From NCBI GenBank assembly GCA_963699755.1, contig CAVOVB010000006.1:32001-96000 (forward strand): a stretch of 64,000 nucleotides of DNA, written 5' to 3'. The DNA comes from an uncultured delta proteobacterium (lineage in GTDB: Bacteria > Myxococcota_A > Polyangia > Polyangiales > Houyiibacteriaceae). Each line of letters opens with the position of its first letter. Position 1 is the stretch's first letter. The notes beneath the pieces were generated by a model. That model saw nothing but the letters and a program-made list of their open reading frames with translations, was not told the origin of the DNA and ran no database searches. Both the position numbers and the translations under genes were made by a program. Positions 28,018 through 37,292 of the stretch are shown one piece after another.

Positions 28018-28064
28018 CGTCAGCCGGTTAGCATATACCGCATGCACCGCAACGGGGCCAAAGT

Positions 28065-28457
28065 TCAGGCTGAATCCCTGGCTGCTAGGACTTCGCGAAC
28101 CTTGTTACTCAAGTGATCCAGCTCGAAGGGCTTGTCGAGAAAGGCGTCTGCTCCGTAGAGCGGTGAGGTCATTTCGTTCAGGCGCTCGCCGATTCCGGTG
28201 AGCATGATGACCCCGGTGCCTTTCAAGTTCTCGTCCTCGCGCACTGCTCGGCAGACCTCCCAGCCGCTCATACCGGGCATCATGACGTCGAGCACGATGA
28301 GGTCGGGCTTTTCACGTCGAGCCAGTCGAAGGGCTTCTTCGCCGTCGGAAGCTTCGACCACCTCGGCCGGTAGCGCGCTCAAGTGCCGCGCCACCAACGC
28401 CAGAATTTCCAAGTCATCGTCGGCGACCAGGATCTTGGTCATCGAGTCCGTCGTCAT
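28065..28457 (-). CDS. Single-domain response regulator (receiver)
   Basis: ILVADDD, LDVMMPG, MLTG, KPF; GAGGAG SD. Confidence 0.9.
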   Translation of the reverse strand: MTTDSMTKILVADDDLEILALVARHLSALPAEVVEASDGEEALRLARREKPDLIVLDVMMPGMSGWEVCRAVREDENLKGTGVIMLTGIGERLNEMTSPLYGADAFLDKPFELDHLSNKVREVLAARDSA

Positions 28458-28518
28458 CGTTTCAGTGCTCCTCGGTACCCCGGTTCGGGACGCATCGTCG
28501 TTCTCTTGATGCGGCTTG

Positions 28519-29334
28519 TCAATGGACGCCGTCGTCCGAGTCGATCAATCCAACCTCGGAGCCCGCCGTCCAGCCCTCGAGACCGCCAACCAAACGCAAT
28601 TTCACGAATTGGCCGTCTCGATCGACGACCTCGCCCCGGTCGCCGCCGCGAGCCTCTCCGCGAAGCTGGGCGCGCGGGTCCGGTCCTTCGCGCAGGACGA
28701 TGCGATCGCCGAGGGCTACCGCCCGCGGGCCATCGCGCAGCAATCCAGCTTTGGCGACAAGCCCAAGTGCAGCGACCAAGAGAAATGCTCCGGAACTGAG
28801 CAGGATCGGGTACAGCCAGCGATATTTTCGACGCCCAATCGACACCCAGGCGAGGGCCATGAAGAAAACCAGGTTTGCCACCAACAGTGCGTACGCGATC
28901 GTGTCTTCCGATACACTTCCGTAGACCGCGTCGCTCATCGAGCTGCTTCGTTGAATGGTCGCTTCGCCCTCACGCTCGGCCCGCTGCTCTTCGAGGGCCT
29001 TTTCGGCAGCTCTTAGGTTTTCCGAGGCCTTGCTCTCGTTGGGTCGCAGTACGAGCGCGCGTTCGTAGTTGAGGATGGCGCGCGGGTAGTCGCCGGACTG
29101 GGCGAACGAAGTCGCCAGGTTGAAATAAACGTCCGGATCGTGGACGCCTGCTTCGATGAGCTTGCCGTAGCTCGAGATAGCGTTCGCGTGGTCGCCTCGC
29201 GATGCCGCAACGTTTGCCGCTTCAAAGATCTCCGCCAGCGAGGATCCGCCGGTCGCACGGGGCGCATTCTGGGCTGATGCCAGCGCCGCCGCTAGGAGCA
29301 GCGTGATCATGAGCGCGATGAGCCAGGAGCGCAT
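28519..29334 (-). CDS. BatE-like TPR + TM + SH3-like protein
   Basis: Signal peptide, TPR (YFNLATSF...AILNYERAL), two TMs, SH3b-like C-terminus; last gene of the bat operon. Confidence 0.78.
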   Translation of the reverse strand: MRSWLIALMITLLLAAALASAQNAPRATGGSSLAEIFEAANVAASRGDHANAISSYGKLIEAGVHDPDVYFNLATSFAQSGDYPRAILNYERALVLRPNESKASENLRAAEKALEEQRAEREGEATIQRSSSMSDAVYGSVSEDTIAYALLVANLVFFMALAWVSIGRRKYRWLYPILLSSGAFLLVAALGLVAKAGLLRDGPRAVALGDRIVLREGPDPRAQLRGEARGGDRGEVVDRDGQFVKLRLVGGLEGWTAGSEVGLIDSDDGVH

Positions 29335-31130
29335 CAGCTGGTCCTCCGTACACGCTGGATTCGATCAATGATTACGTTGGTCCGCTGAAGGCAGCGCTCC
29401 ATCTCGTCTCGGTTCACTCCCGATGCTGCGAAGCGTGCGAAATCCGCGCCTTCGAGCTCGTTGATCAGACGTTGCGTCAGGTCGTCGTCGACACCTTCGT
29501 TAGCGAGTCGCGCCCGGATCTCTGTGTGCGGAAGACCGGCCACGGGTTCATCAAGCCGAGCTTGTAGAGCATGGGTGATCAAAGCTACGATCCGGTCGTA
29601 GAAGGCTCTTGGATCGTTGGCCCGAAGCGCGCCCTCTGCGGCGCGGAGCAGCTTCCGCTGGACGGCGGCGGCGGTAACCCCGCGCTGCTCATGACGCCGG
29701 GACAAGGCCGCGCCCACAAAGACCAGCACAAACAGGACCGCTGGAAGCGCAAGCAACCAGGGGAACCAGGCTCGCTCTCGGACAGGCGTATGGCCCCGGG
29801 TCAATGCGCTGTACACGCGAATCGGTCCGAAGGTTGCACTAGGAGGCTTGGGCGAGGCGTCGACAGGTCCGATCACCGGCTCGGGCGCCTTTGTCTCGCC
29901 GCTTGCCGCGAAGCTGAGTGCCGGGGTGCTCACCGATTGATACGACCCCGCGGAAGGGTTGAAGTAGTGAAGCTCGATCGGCTGCACGGTGTGCTCGCCG
30001 GGCGCCTCCGCAATCAGGATCCACTCCCAGGATCGCGTGCCGGAGAGCTCGCCGTTTGCGAGCTGCTGCTTGTCCCGGATCGCCGGTTGAAGTGTCCGCA
30101 CTCCTGCGATCGGAGGCAGGTCGATATGGAGGTCCTGGACGTTGCCCACGCCCCCGGCATCGATGCCCAGGGTCACGGCGTCGCCCGTCTTCACCGCGCT
30201 GCGATCGAGCCGAGCTTGTATCGCGAAATTCCCGACAACGGCGTTGGCCGGGGCGGGAGGCGGAAGCGGTTTGACGTTCACCGTGATCGGAACCCCTACG
30301 CGTTCGATCCGTTGGGGCACGTCGAAGAGGCTGCCAGTGCCTGCGTCGAAAGTGATTTTGGGTGGACCGATCGTGAGCTCGCCAGTGCGTTGCGGGAATG
30401 CGGCGGAGCGCTGAATCGGATAGGCGCGATACTGCTGGCCCTTCACGGAAACGCTCTGGAACTGCAGGGTGGTGATCGGATCATCGTAAACCCAGAATCC
30501 GTCCATCGACGGTTTGCTTGGGACCACTGACTGCGGTGAGAGGCGGACTCGCGTGTATAGGTACACGGTGACGTTGACTTGCTGGCCGATGTAGACATCT
30601 GTCGGTTCGACGACGGTCCTCAGGAATGCACTCGCATCGTAGTTGGCGCCCGACAGCTCTGCATCCGCTTCGGCGTCCGGCGCTGCGTTCGGATTGTACG
30701 GGACCTGCGCATCAGTCCCCCTCGGAAGAACGCGTAAGGTCAGCGGCGTGCTTCGGTAGAGCTTCCCATCGACTTTCGCCTCCGCGGGCGCGAAATCATA
30801 GGTGCCTGCGACCCGCGGAACCAGAACGTAGATGTTGGCAATGCTCGACTCCTTTTGCACGCCCCTCCCGAAGCCAAAGCTGAACTGCATCGGGCGCATG
30901 GTTTGATGCGACACGATGTCGAGCTCCACATGCTTGTTGAGGTCGCTGAGCTGCAGGTCTTCGATGTTCCCGCCGCGCGCTCGGACCCGAACCTCCAGCC
31001 GTATCGAGTCGCCAACCCGCGCTTCGGTGGGCATCGCGCTGAGCGACACCGTCACCTCCGGCTCGGCCCTCGCGGTCGCTCCGAAGGGGAGAACAGCGAT
31101 GGCGATCAGGAGGAGCGTCAAGAACCGCAT
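29334..31130 (-). CDS. BatD-family protein
   Basis: Signal peptide, repeated beta-sandwich segments (VYIGQQVNVTVYLY, AVVGNF, GVGNV), C-terminal TM; operon position. Confidence 0.82.
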   Translation of the reverse strand: MRFLTLLLIAIAVLPFGATARAEPEVTVSLSAMPTEARVGDSIRLEVRVRARGGNIEDLQLSDLNKHVELDIVSHQTMRPMQFSFGFGRGVQKESSIANIYVLVPRVAGTYDFAPAEAKVDGKLYRSTPLTLRVLPRGTDAQVPYNPNAAPDAEADAELSGANYDASAFLRTVVEPTDVYIGQQVNVTVYLYTRVRLSPQSVVPSKPSMDGFWVYDDPITTLQFQSVSVKGQQYRAYPIQRSAAFPQRTGELTIGPPKITFDAGTGSLFDVPQRIERVGVPITVNVKPLPPPAPANAVVGNFAIQARLDRSAVKTGDAVTLGIDAGGVGNVQDLHIDLPPIAGVRTLQPAIRDKQQLANGELSGTRSWEWILIAEAPGEHTVQPIELHYFNPSAGSYQSVSTPALSFAASGETKAPEPVIGPVDASPKPPSATFGPIRVYSALTRGHTPVRERAWFPWLLALPAVLFVLVFVGAALSRRHEQRGVTAAAVQRKLLRAAEGALRANDPRAFYDRIVALITHALQARLDEPVAGLPHTEIRARLANEGVDDDLTQRLINELEGADFARFAASGVNRDEMERCLQRTNVIIDRIQRVRRTS

Positions 31131-31996
31131 CACCAATCCTTCTCCGGTGGTGGACGCCCCGCGCCTCTTTGGCGGGCGCGTTGCAGCGGAAGGTTCTCTT
31201 CGTTTTGTTGGAGGGCGTCGAGAAAGCGTTCCACTTCGTCGGCTGAGATGGGCTCAGGTTGCGCTCGCTCACTCGCGGACTCGTCCTGGTTCTCGGACTC
31301 GTCCTGGTTCTTGGACTCGTCCTGGTTCTTGGACTCGTCCTGGTTCTTGGACTCGTCCTGGTTCTTGGACTCGTCCTGGTTCTTGGACTCGTCCTGGTTC
31401 CTGGGCTCGTCCTGGTTCTTGGACTCGTCCTGGTTCTTGGACTCCTGCTGCTCCTGCTGCTCCTGCTGCTCCTGTTGCTCCTGCTGCTCCTGTTGCTTCT
31501 CTTCCGCCTCACGAATTCGCTTCATGGCGTACTCGAGATTCCACGCAGCGTTACGGTTGCCGGGCTGCACACGAAGTGAGCGTTTGAAGGCGTCGGCGGC
31601 CTCTCGGAAGGACGCGGATGCTTCCTCGTAGGATTCCTGTTCCGAAAGCGCGTCGCCCTCTCGGGCAAATGCGATGCCTAGGTCGTAGTAGGCGTCGGCT
31701 CGGGTGCGCGGCGCCGCCGAGGGATCCGCAGCTGCCACGAACGCTTCCTTTGCTTGCTCGGTGAGGTCCCGTCCGAGGAGCGCGAGCCCACGGTTGAGTT
31801 GGACGGCACGATCGTTCGGCAGCTCCCGTGCGGCCTCGTCGTACGCTTCCAGAGCGGGGCCGTACTGTTCCTGTGCCATCAAGGCGTTTCCCCTCTTCGC
31901 GTTGGAGTTTTCTCCACGAAGTGGGCTCCAGGCAGATGCGCTTGCGGGCAGAGCGAGCGCCGCGATGCAGCAGCTCAACAGAGCGACCGGCCTCAT
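31130..31996 (-). CDS. BatC-like TPR protein with Gln/Glu/Asn/Asp-rich repeat linker
   Basis: Signal peptide, TPRs, AAWNLE, low-complexity linker, C-terminal PEKDW. Confidence 0.82.
   Translation of the reverse strand: MRPVALLSCCIAALALPASASAWSPLRGENSNAKRGNALMAQEQYGPALEAYDEAARELPNDRAVQLNRGLALLGRDLTEQAKEAFVAAADPSAAPRTRADAYYDLGIAFAREGDALSEQESYEEASASFREAADAFKRSLRVQPGNRNAAWNLEYAMKRIREAEEKQQEQQEQQEQQEQQEQQESKNQDESKNQDEPRNQDESKNQDESKNQDESKNQDESKNQDESKNQDESENQDESASERAQPEPISADEVERFLDALQQNEENLPLQRARQRGAGRPPPEKDW
31278..31495. repeat. Coding tandem repeats in batC: 9 x 18 bp and 6 x 9 bp
   Basis: GACTCGTCCTGGTTCTTG x9 (31278-31439; ESKNQD, two variant copies) and CTCCTGYTG x6 (31442-31495; QQE). Confidence 0.95.
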
Positions 31997-33036
31997 GCTT
32001 CCCGCCTCCGGCGACGGACGATCCAAGCCTCTGGGAGAATCGCCTCGAGGAGGATCAAGAGGAAGCCAGGAAGGAGCGCCAAAGCGTAACGGTTCTCGTG
32101 CACGGTGACTCTCCGCGCTTTTCTCTCCGACGCCTGAAGCTTGGCGAGCTCCGCGCGAATCTCGGTCACGCCTACAGTGCCTTCTTCGGCTCGCACGTAC
32201 GTTCCTCCGGTAATCGACGCGATCTCCTCGAGGGTGTCTTCGTTCTCGGCGCTGAGCGCGGTCATGACCAGCTGGCCGTCTTCGTCCTTCATGTGTCCGA
32301 TGAGAGCTCCGTCGGCAGTGTAGCTCGGAATCGGCTCACCGCTGCCCGAGCCGATGCCGACGGCATAGATCTGGATGCCCGCGGCCTTCAACTCTTCGGC
32401 CGCTGCGATTGGATTGCCTTCGTGATCTTCGCCATCCGTCAGGAGGATCACGACTTTCGAACGGCTGTCTGAGCTGCTCTCGTTGCTGCGTTCGATCAGC
32501 CGCTTGGAAGCGATGAGCGCTTTGCCGATCGCCGTTCCACCCACGGGCATGTCCATCGGGCTGAGGTCACGCAAGAACAAGCGAACCGCCGAGTAGTCGA
32601 CCGTCATGGGAAACGCCATGGCGTCGCCGGCAAAGGCTACGAGACCGACTCGGTCTCCATCGAGATCGGTCAAGAGACGTTCTAGCTCGCCCTTTGCGCG
32701 CTTTATTCGGCTCGGGTGCACGTCTTGAGCGAGCATGCTCTTCGAAAAATCGAGCGCGATGACGATGTCGATTCCGCGCTTGCGAAGGACGCGGGTTCGG
32801 CTTCCATACTGCGGCCCCGCTAGCGCGACGATCACGAGCGCCGTACCGACGATCCAGAGCGTCGCACGTGTCCTCCTCCACCACTTGCTGCGTCCGGCGA
32901 TCAAGGGTTCGACCGTGCCGATCCTGCCGAATCGCTCGGTTGCGCGTTGCCGCCTCGCCCTGTTCCACCAGAGCGCCGCGACCGCCACCGGGAGCAGGGC
33001 CAGAAGCCAAAGCAACTGTGGATCAGCCCACGTCAC
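31993..33036 (-). CDS. BatB-like VWA-domain protein
   Basis: MIDAS DFSKS, DRVGLVAFAG, LLTDGED; GAGGAGG SD favours GTG 33036. Confidence 0.88.
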   Translation of the reverse strand: MTWADPQLLWLLALLPVAVAALWWNRARRQRATERFGRIGTVEPLIAGRSKWWRRTRATLWIVGTALVIVALAGPQYGSRTRVLRKRGIDIVIALDFSKSMLAQDVHPSRIKRAKGELERLLTDLDGDRVGLVAFAGDAMAFPMTVDYSAVRLFLRDLSPMDMPVGGTAIGKALIASKRLIERSNESSSDSRSKVVILLTDGEDHEGNPIAAAEELKAAGIQIYAVGIGSGSGEPIPSYTADGALIGHMKDEDGQLVMTALSAENEDTLEEIASITGGTYVRAEEGTVGVTEIRAELAKLQASERKARRVTVHENRYALALLPGFLLILLEAILPEAWIVRRRRREA

Positions 33037-34145
33037 GGCCACCTCCTCAGCCAGACGAGAAGCACCAGCTCGATCAGCACAAAGAGCAGGGCGGGCGCCA
33101 CAAAGGCGGGGAATAGATCGGTGTACATTCGTCCCGCATCCTCGATATCGGTTTTCTCGAGCTCGTCCAGGATTTGGTGGAAGCTCTGCTCGAGGGCCTC
33201 TCGGTCGCTGACGAGGAAGAACTCTCCTCCCGTCGCATCGGCCATTTCCTCTAGGAGCTCAGGGTTCACGGGATAGTTGCCGCTTCCAAAGATCGCGCGG
33301 CCGAAGATGCCCGTACCCCGTTGAACTGGCGCGTCACCAGAGACTCCCATCAGAATCGGGTAGATCTTGACCCCCATCGCGCTCGCGAGGGCTGCCGCCT
33401 GCGAGGGTGATACATTTCCGGCGTTCGATTCGCCATCCGTCAGGAGAATCACTACCTTGCTCTTGGCACGCGAACGCTTCAACCGATTGAGGCTTACGCC
33501 AACGGCGTTTCCGATCGCCGTGCCGCGCCCATCGATTTGATCGAGCTCGAGACCACGAAGCGCCGTGCGCAAGGCTTCACGATCGGTGGTGAGCGGGAGA
33601 AGCGTATACGCGTCGACTCCGAACACGACGGCGCCGATCCGATCGTTCGGGCGACGATTGATGAAGTCACGAACCACCGATTTCGTCGCTTCAAAACGCG
33701 TTGGTCTGATGTCGCTCGCCTCCATCGAGCGGGACATGTCGAGTGTGAGGATGATCTCGATACCGCTCACCTCAGCAGTGTCGCGCGCATGAATGCTCTG
33801 CGGTCCGGCCAGGCCCACCACCAGAAGCGCGACGGCGACGGTCCGCAACGCGGCCGGCAAGTCCGCGAGGCGAATGCGCCAACTGGCTTCGGGTATTTGC
33901 AGCGCGGCCGCCCGGCTGAACTGAAGTCTCGGTCTGGAGAGTCGCTGGACCCATACCCGGGCAAACCAAGCCATCGGGACGGCGAAAAAGAGCAGAGCTG
34001 CCCATGGACGCTCGAAGCGAAGCTGTTCGTCGGTGATCAAGAGCTGATACCTCGACTCGAGGTATCGCAAGCTGATGACGAGCCCGACGAAAGCCGCCGC
34101 TGCAAGCCACCCGATCGCCCAACCCCGGCGCCCTCCCCGAGTCAT
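33033..34145 (-). CDS. BatA-like VWA-domain protein
   Basis: MIDAS DMSRS, DRIGAVVFG, GTAIGNA, LLTDGESN. Confidence 0.88.
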   Translation of the reverse strand: MTRGGRRGWAIGWLAAAAFVGLVISLRYLESRYQLLITDEQLRFERPWAALLFFAVPMAWFARVWVQRLSRPRLQFSRAAALQIPEASWRIRLADLPAALRTVAVALLVVGLAGPQSIHARDTAEVSGIEIILTLDMSRSMEASDIRPTRFEATKSVVRDFINRRPNDRIGAVVFGVDAYTLLPLTTDREALRTALRGLELDQIDGRGTAIGNAVGVSLNRLKRSRAKSKVVILLTDGESNAGNVSPSQAAALASAMGVKIYPILMGVSGDAPVQRGTGIFGRAIFGSGNYPVNPELLEEMADATGGEFFLVSDREALEQSFHQILDELEKTDIEDAGRMYTDLFPAFVAPALLFVLIELVLLVWLRRWP

Positions 34146-35083
34146 GATGCGCCTCGATCCTGGCTGATCGCCCTGGGGCGAGTCCGATCGACCAATGCGA
34201 GCGCGTCCTCGATCAGCTCGTGCGATGCGTCGTCGGCCAACGAGGCTTTCGCGAACTTCACCAAGTCACATTGACCGAGAAACCCGATCACTTCCTGGGG
34301 AGCGATAGGCAGCGACTTGGCCTGGTCGAGCTCGGACGCGATTTCATCGGTCGTGCTTTCGAGACCGTGGAACCCGTAGCGGTGGCCGAGGTAGGCGCGG
34401 ACCGAATCGCTAACCGCGTCGACCCATTGCTCGGTGTGCCCTTCCTCGATCGCTTTCGAGCGCCCGCGCTCGAGCTCGCGAAGCTCTGCCAGCGCAGTTT
34501 CCCAGGGGGGTGGGGGAGGGGGCGGCGCGGGCTCTGGCCTGTCCCGCTTCTGCCACCAGCGCATGAACATCCATGCCAGCAATGCGCCGACCGCGAGGGC
34601 CAGCAACGCGCCCAGGATGATCAGCAACCTGTAGTCGTCCTGCTCGACGATCAGCGGCTCGCTCGGCGGTTTGAGCTGAGCGTCTGGTTCGTTCGCGAGC
34701 AGCGAGCGGATTTCGATGCTGCTGCTGTTCGAATCGAGCTCAACCAGCTCGCCGTCGGCGCTCGTAACGCGTACGCGAATCGGGCCGAGCTGATGCACTC
34801 CCACTTCGAAGCAAAGCAGCCGAAGCTCGAACGTGAAGGTCTTGGACTTTCCGTCCGGGGAAGGCTGGATCGTAAGCTTCTTGTCGAGAATCTCGAACGG
34901 TTCAAACGACTGCTCCGGCACAGCCGCCTCGTCGGAGGCGGCGGTGGTCACCGTCAGGATCACGTCGATCACGTCACCCACCATGCTTTCGACTGGCGCG
35001 TCGAGTGCGATCGCAGGCTCTTGCGCCAGCCCGATTCCAGGGGCGAACAAGGCAAAGAAGAGGATCGCAGCAGCTCGTTTCAC
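34142..35083 (-). CDS. Membrane protein of the bat operon (DUF4381/BatD-like)
   Basis: Signal peptide, TM, poly-Pro, ESTTDEI and CDLVKFA motifs typical of this operon slot. Confidence 0.7.
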   Translation of the reverse strand: MKRAAAILFFALFAPGIGLAQEPAIALDAPVESMVGDVIDVILTVTTAASDEAAVPEQSFEPFEILDKKLTIQPSPDGKSKTFTFELRLLCFEVGVHQLGPIRVRVTSADGELVELDSNSSSIEIRSLLANEPDAQLKPPSEPLIVEQDDYRLLIILGALLALAVGALLAWMFMRWWQKRDRPEPAPPPPPPPWETALAELRELERGRSKAIEEGHTEQWVDAVSDSVRAYLGHRYGFHGLESTTDEIASELDQAKSLPIAPQEVIGFLGQCDLVKFAKASLADDASHELIEDALALVDRTRPRAISQDRGAS

Positions 35084-35967
35084 CGATAACCCGTGAGTCG
35101 CCGCTGCCTGAGTCGGAACAGCTCGGCCAGCGGCCGGACGAAATCGCGTTCGGTGCTCACTGTCACGTGGTCAAGTTGCAGACGGCGAAAGAGATGCTCG
35201 CGGGCAGCGCGTTGGCGCTGTGCCTCGCGTGCGTACTCAGTGCGAACATTCAGATTCGAGGTGTCGACTTCGACCAGCTCTCCGGTTTCCAAGTCTTCTA
35301 CGAGGGCCAGGCCAACATCGGTGAGCTCGTCCTCCCGTGGATCGAGGATCTGGATGGGAATGACGTCATGCTTGGCCGAGACGACCTTGAGCGGTTTCTC
35401 ATATTGGTCCGCGATGAAGTCGCTGATCACGAAGGCAACGGTCCTGCGCTTGCCGACGCCGCCGAGGAGGTCCAAGGCCACCCCGAGGTCCGTCCCTTCG
35501 GCCACGGGCTTGGCGTTGAGGATCTCGGTGACCACGCGCATCACATGCGAGCGACCCTTCTTTGGCGGTACGAAGCGCTCGATGCGGTCGGTGAACAAGA
35601 TCAGGCCAACGCGGTCGTTGTTCTTGATCGCACTGAACGCGAGCAGCGCGGCTACTTCGGCGACGGTTTCGATCTTAGGCTTTTCGACAGACCCAAAGCG
35701 CTCGCTCGCCGATAGGTCGACGAGGAGCATGACCGTCATTTCACGCTCCTCGGTGAAGACCTTCACGTAAGTGTCATTCATGCGGGCGCTCACGTTCCAG
35801 TCGATGAAGCGAACATCGTCGCCGTGCTGGTATTGACGCACCTCGCTGAACGCCATTCCGCGCCCTTTGAAGACGGAGTGGTAGCTGCCTGCCAATTGGT
35901 TGTCGGCGAGCCTCGAGGTGTAAATCTCGATCTTCTTGAGTTTCTTGACGAGCTCTCGAGAGATCAC
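35080..35967 (-). CDS. DUF58 protein
   Basis: FKGRGMAFSEVRQYQHGDDVRFIDWNVSAR; follows moxR. Confidence 0.92.
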   Translation of the reverse strand: MISRELVKKLKKIEIYTSRLADNQLAGSYHSVFKGRGMAFSEVRQYQHGDDVRFIDWNVSARMNDTYVKVFTEEREMTVMLLVDLSASERFGSVEKPKIETVAEVAALLAFSAIKNNDRVGLILFTDRIERFVPPKKGRSHVMRVVTEILNAKPVAEGTDLGVALDLLGGVGKRRTVAFVISDFIADQYEKPLKVVSAKHDVIPIQILDPREDELTDVGLALVEDLETGELVEVDTSNLNVRTEYAREAQRQRAAREHLFRRLQLDHVTVSTERDFVRPLAELFRLRQRRLTGYR

Positions 35968-35979
35968 GCTGGGCCTCGC

Positions 35980-36993
35980 CTACGGGACTTCCACGGTTTC
36001 GAAGATTCTCCGTACGATTTGGTCGCTGCTGATCTCCTCGGCTTCGGCTTCGTAGGAGCGAATGATTCGGTGGCGAAGCACGTCGGGGCCGATGGCCTTG
36101 ATGTCTTCCGGAGTAACGTAGCCACGGTGCCGCATGAACGCGTGTGCGCGCGAAGCGACATTGAGGGCGATCGATGCGCGAGGAGACGCTCCGTGGGCGA
36201 TCATGTCGGTCAGGTCGCCTAGGCCGACTCGCACGGGGTGGCGCGTCGCAGTGACGATCTGAACGATGTAGTCCTTGATCTTCGGGTCGATATAGACGTG
36301 CCCAATCGTCTTGCGGGCCTCGAGGAGCTTCGCGGTGGTCGAGACCTGCTGCACCCCAGCGCCCGCGCCTGCATCTTTGCCAAGGAGCAAGTGGTCGGAG
36401 ATCTGGTCCATGATCTTCCGCTCCTCGTCCTGGCTCGGGTAATCGACCCGAACGTGCAGCATGAAGCGGTCGACCTGTGCCTCGGCAAGCGGGTAGGTGC
36501 CCTCCTGCTCGATTGGGTTCTGTGTGGCCATCACCATGAAGGGCTGATCGAGGGGATGCGTGGTATCCCCGATGGTGACCTGCAGCTCCTGCATGGCCTC
36601 GAGCAAGGCGCTTTGCACCTTGGCCGGCGCTCGGTTGATCTCGTCGGCCAGGACCAGGTTTGCGAAGATCGGCCCCTTCTTGGCAGTGAATTCCCCCCGC
36701 TGCTGGTTGTAGATGACCGTTCCGATGACATCGGCCGGGAGCAGGTCCGGAGTGAACTGAATTCGCTGGAACTTCGCGGCGATCGTCCGGCAAATCGTGT
36801 TGACGGTGAGCGTCTTCGCGAGCCCTGGAACGCCTTCGAGCAGAATGTGCCCTCCGGTGAGCAAGCCGATCAGAATGCGTTCGATCATCACGTCTTGGCC
36901 AACGACGACCTTGTGGACTTCGTGAAGAATCGTATCGATGAAAGCGCTCTCGCGCTGAACCATTTCGTTGATCACCCGGACGTCGTTTGACAT
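35980..36993 (-). CDS. moxR: MoxR-family AAA+ ATPase
   Basis: GVPGLAKT, RIQFTPDLLPAD, LADEINRAPAKVQSALLEAM, ATQNPIEQEGTYPL; AAGGA SD before ATG 36993. Confidence 0.95.
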   Translation of the reverse strand: MSNDVRVINEMVQRESAFIDTILHEVHKVVVGQDVMIERILIGLLTGGHILLEGVPGLAKTLTVNTICRTIAAKFQRIQFTPDLLPADVIGTVIYNQQRGEFTAKKGPIFANLVLADEINRAPAKVQSALLEAMQELQVTIGDTTHPLDQPFMVMATQNPIEQEGTYPLAEAQVDRFMLHVRVDYPSQDEERKIMDQISDHLLLGKDAGAGAGVQQVSTTAKLLEARKTIGHVYIDPKIKDYIVQIVTATRHPVRVGLGDLTDMIAHGASPRASIALNVASRAHAFMRHRGYVTPEDIKAIGPDVLRHRIIRSYEAEAEEISSDQIVRRIFETVEVP

Positions 36994-37079
36994 GTGTTTT
37001 CCTTGGGGCGAGGGGCTAGCACGGCGACCCACCCCCGACCAACAGCGGAGTCACCGCAAGTATTCACGGATTAGGAACC

Positions 37080-37198
37080 GGAGAACGGCTCGCGACGGGC
37101 GTGTTTGCGATTGGGCGCCTCGTCGCCAGGGGTCCCTAGGGAGAAATGCGGCTAGGCGCCGGCCCAATCGCCGTGCTGCCCATCCCGAGCCGTTCTCC
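37080..37198. other. Long imperfect inverted repeat (rod-like hairpin; candidate structured RNA)
   Basis: GGAGAACGGCTCG (37080-37092) is the exact reverse complement of CGAGCCGTTCTCC (37186-37198), with further nested paired segments. Confidence 0.6.
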
Positions 37199-37292
37199 TG
37201 TGTAGAAGAGGGAATGCGGGAGGCCGCAGGTGCCAGCGCCAGCGTCACCGAACGGCTTGACAGGGGGCAGTGGGCTCGGAAGGCTTCGGCGC

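Noticed and set aside
31278..31439. Regular short repeats resembling a CRISPR array
   Set aside because: The units are contiguous with no unique spacers, lie in frame inside batC, and no cas genes are present.
37125..37150. SRP (4.5S) RNA as the identity of the long hairpin
   Set aside because: The apex lacks the GNRA tetraloop and the AGCAG strand of the SRP domain IV motif.
37204..37250. Cobalamin riboswitch upstream of hemL (AAGAGGGAA followed by a small hairpin)
   Set aside because: The T-loop, the CCCCGC...ACTGT segment and the B12 box are not recognisable.
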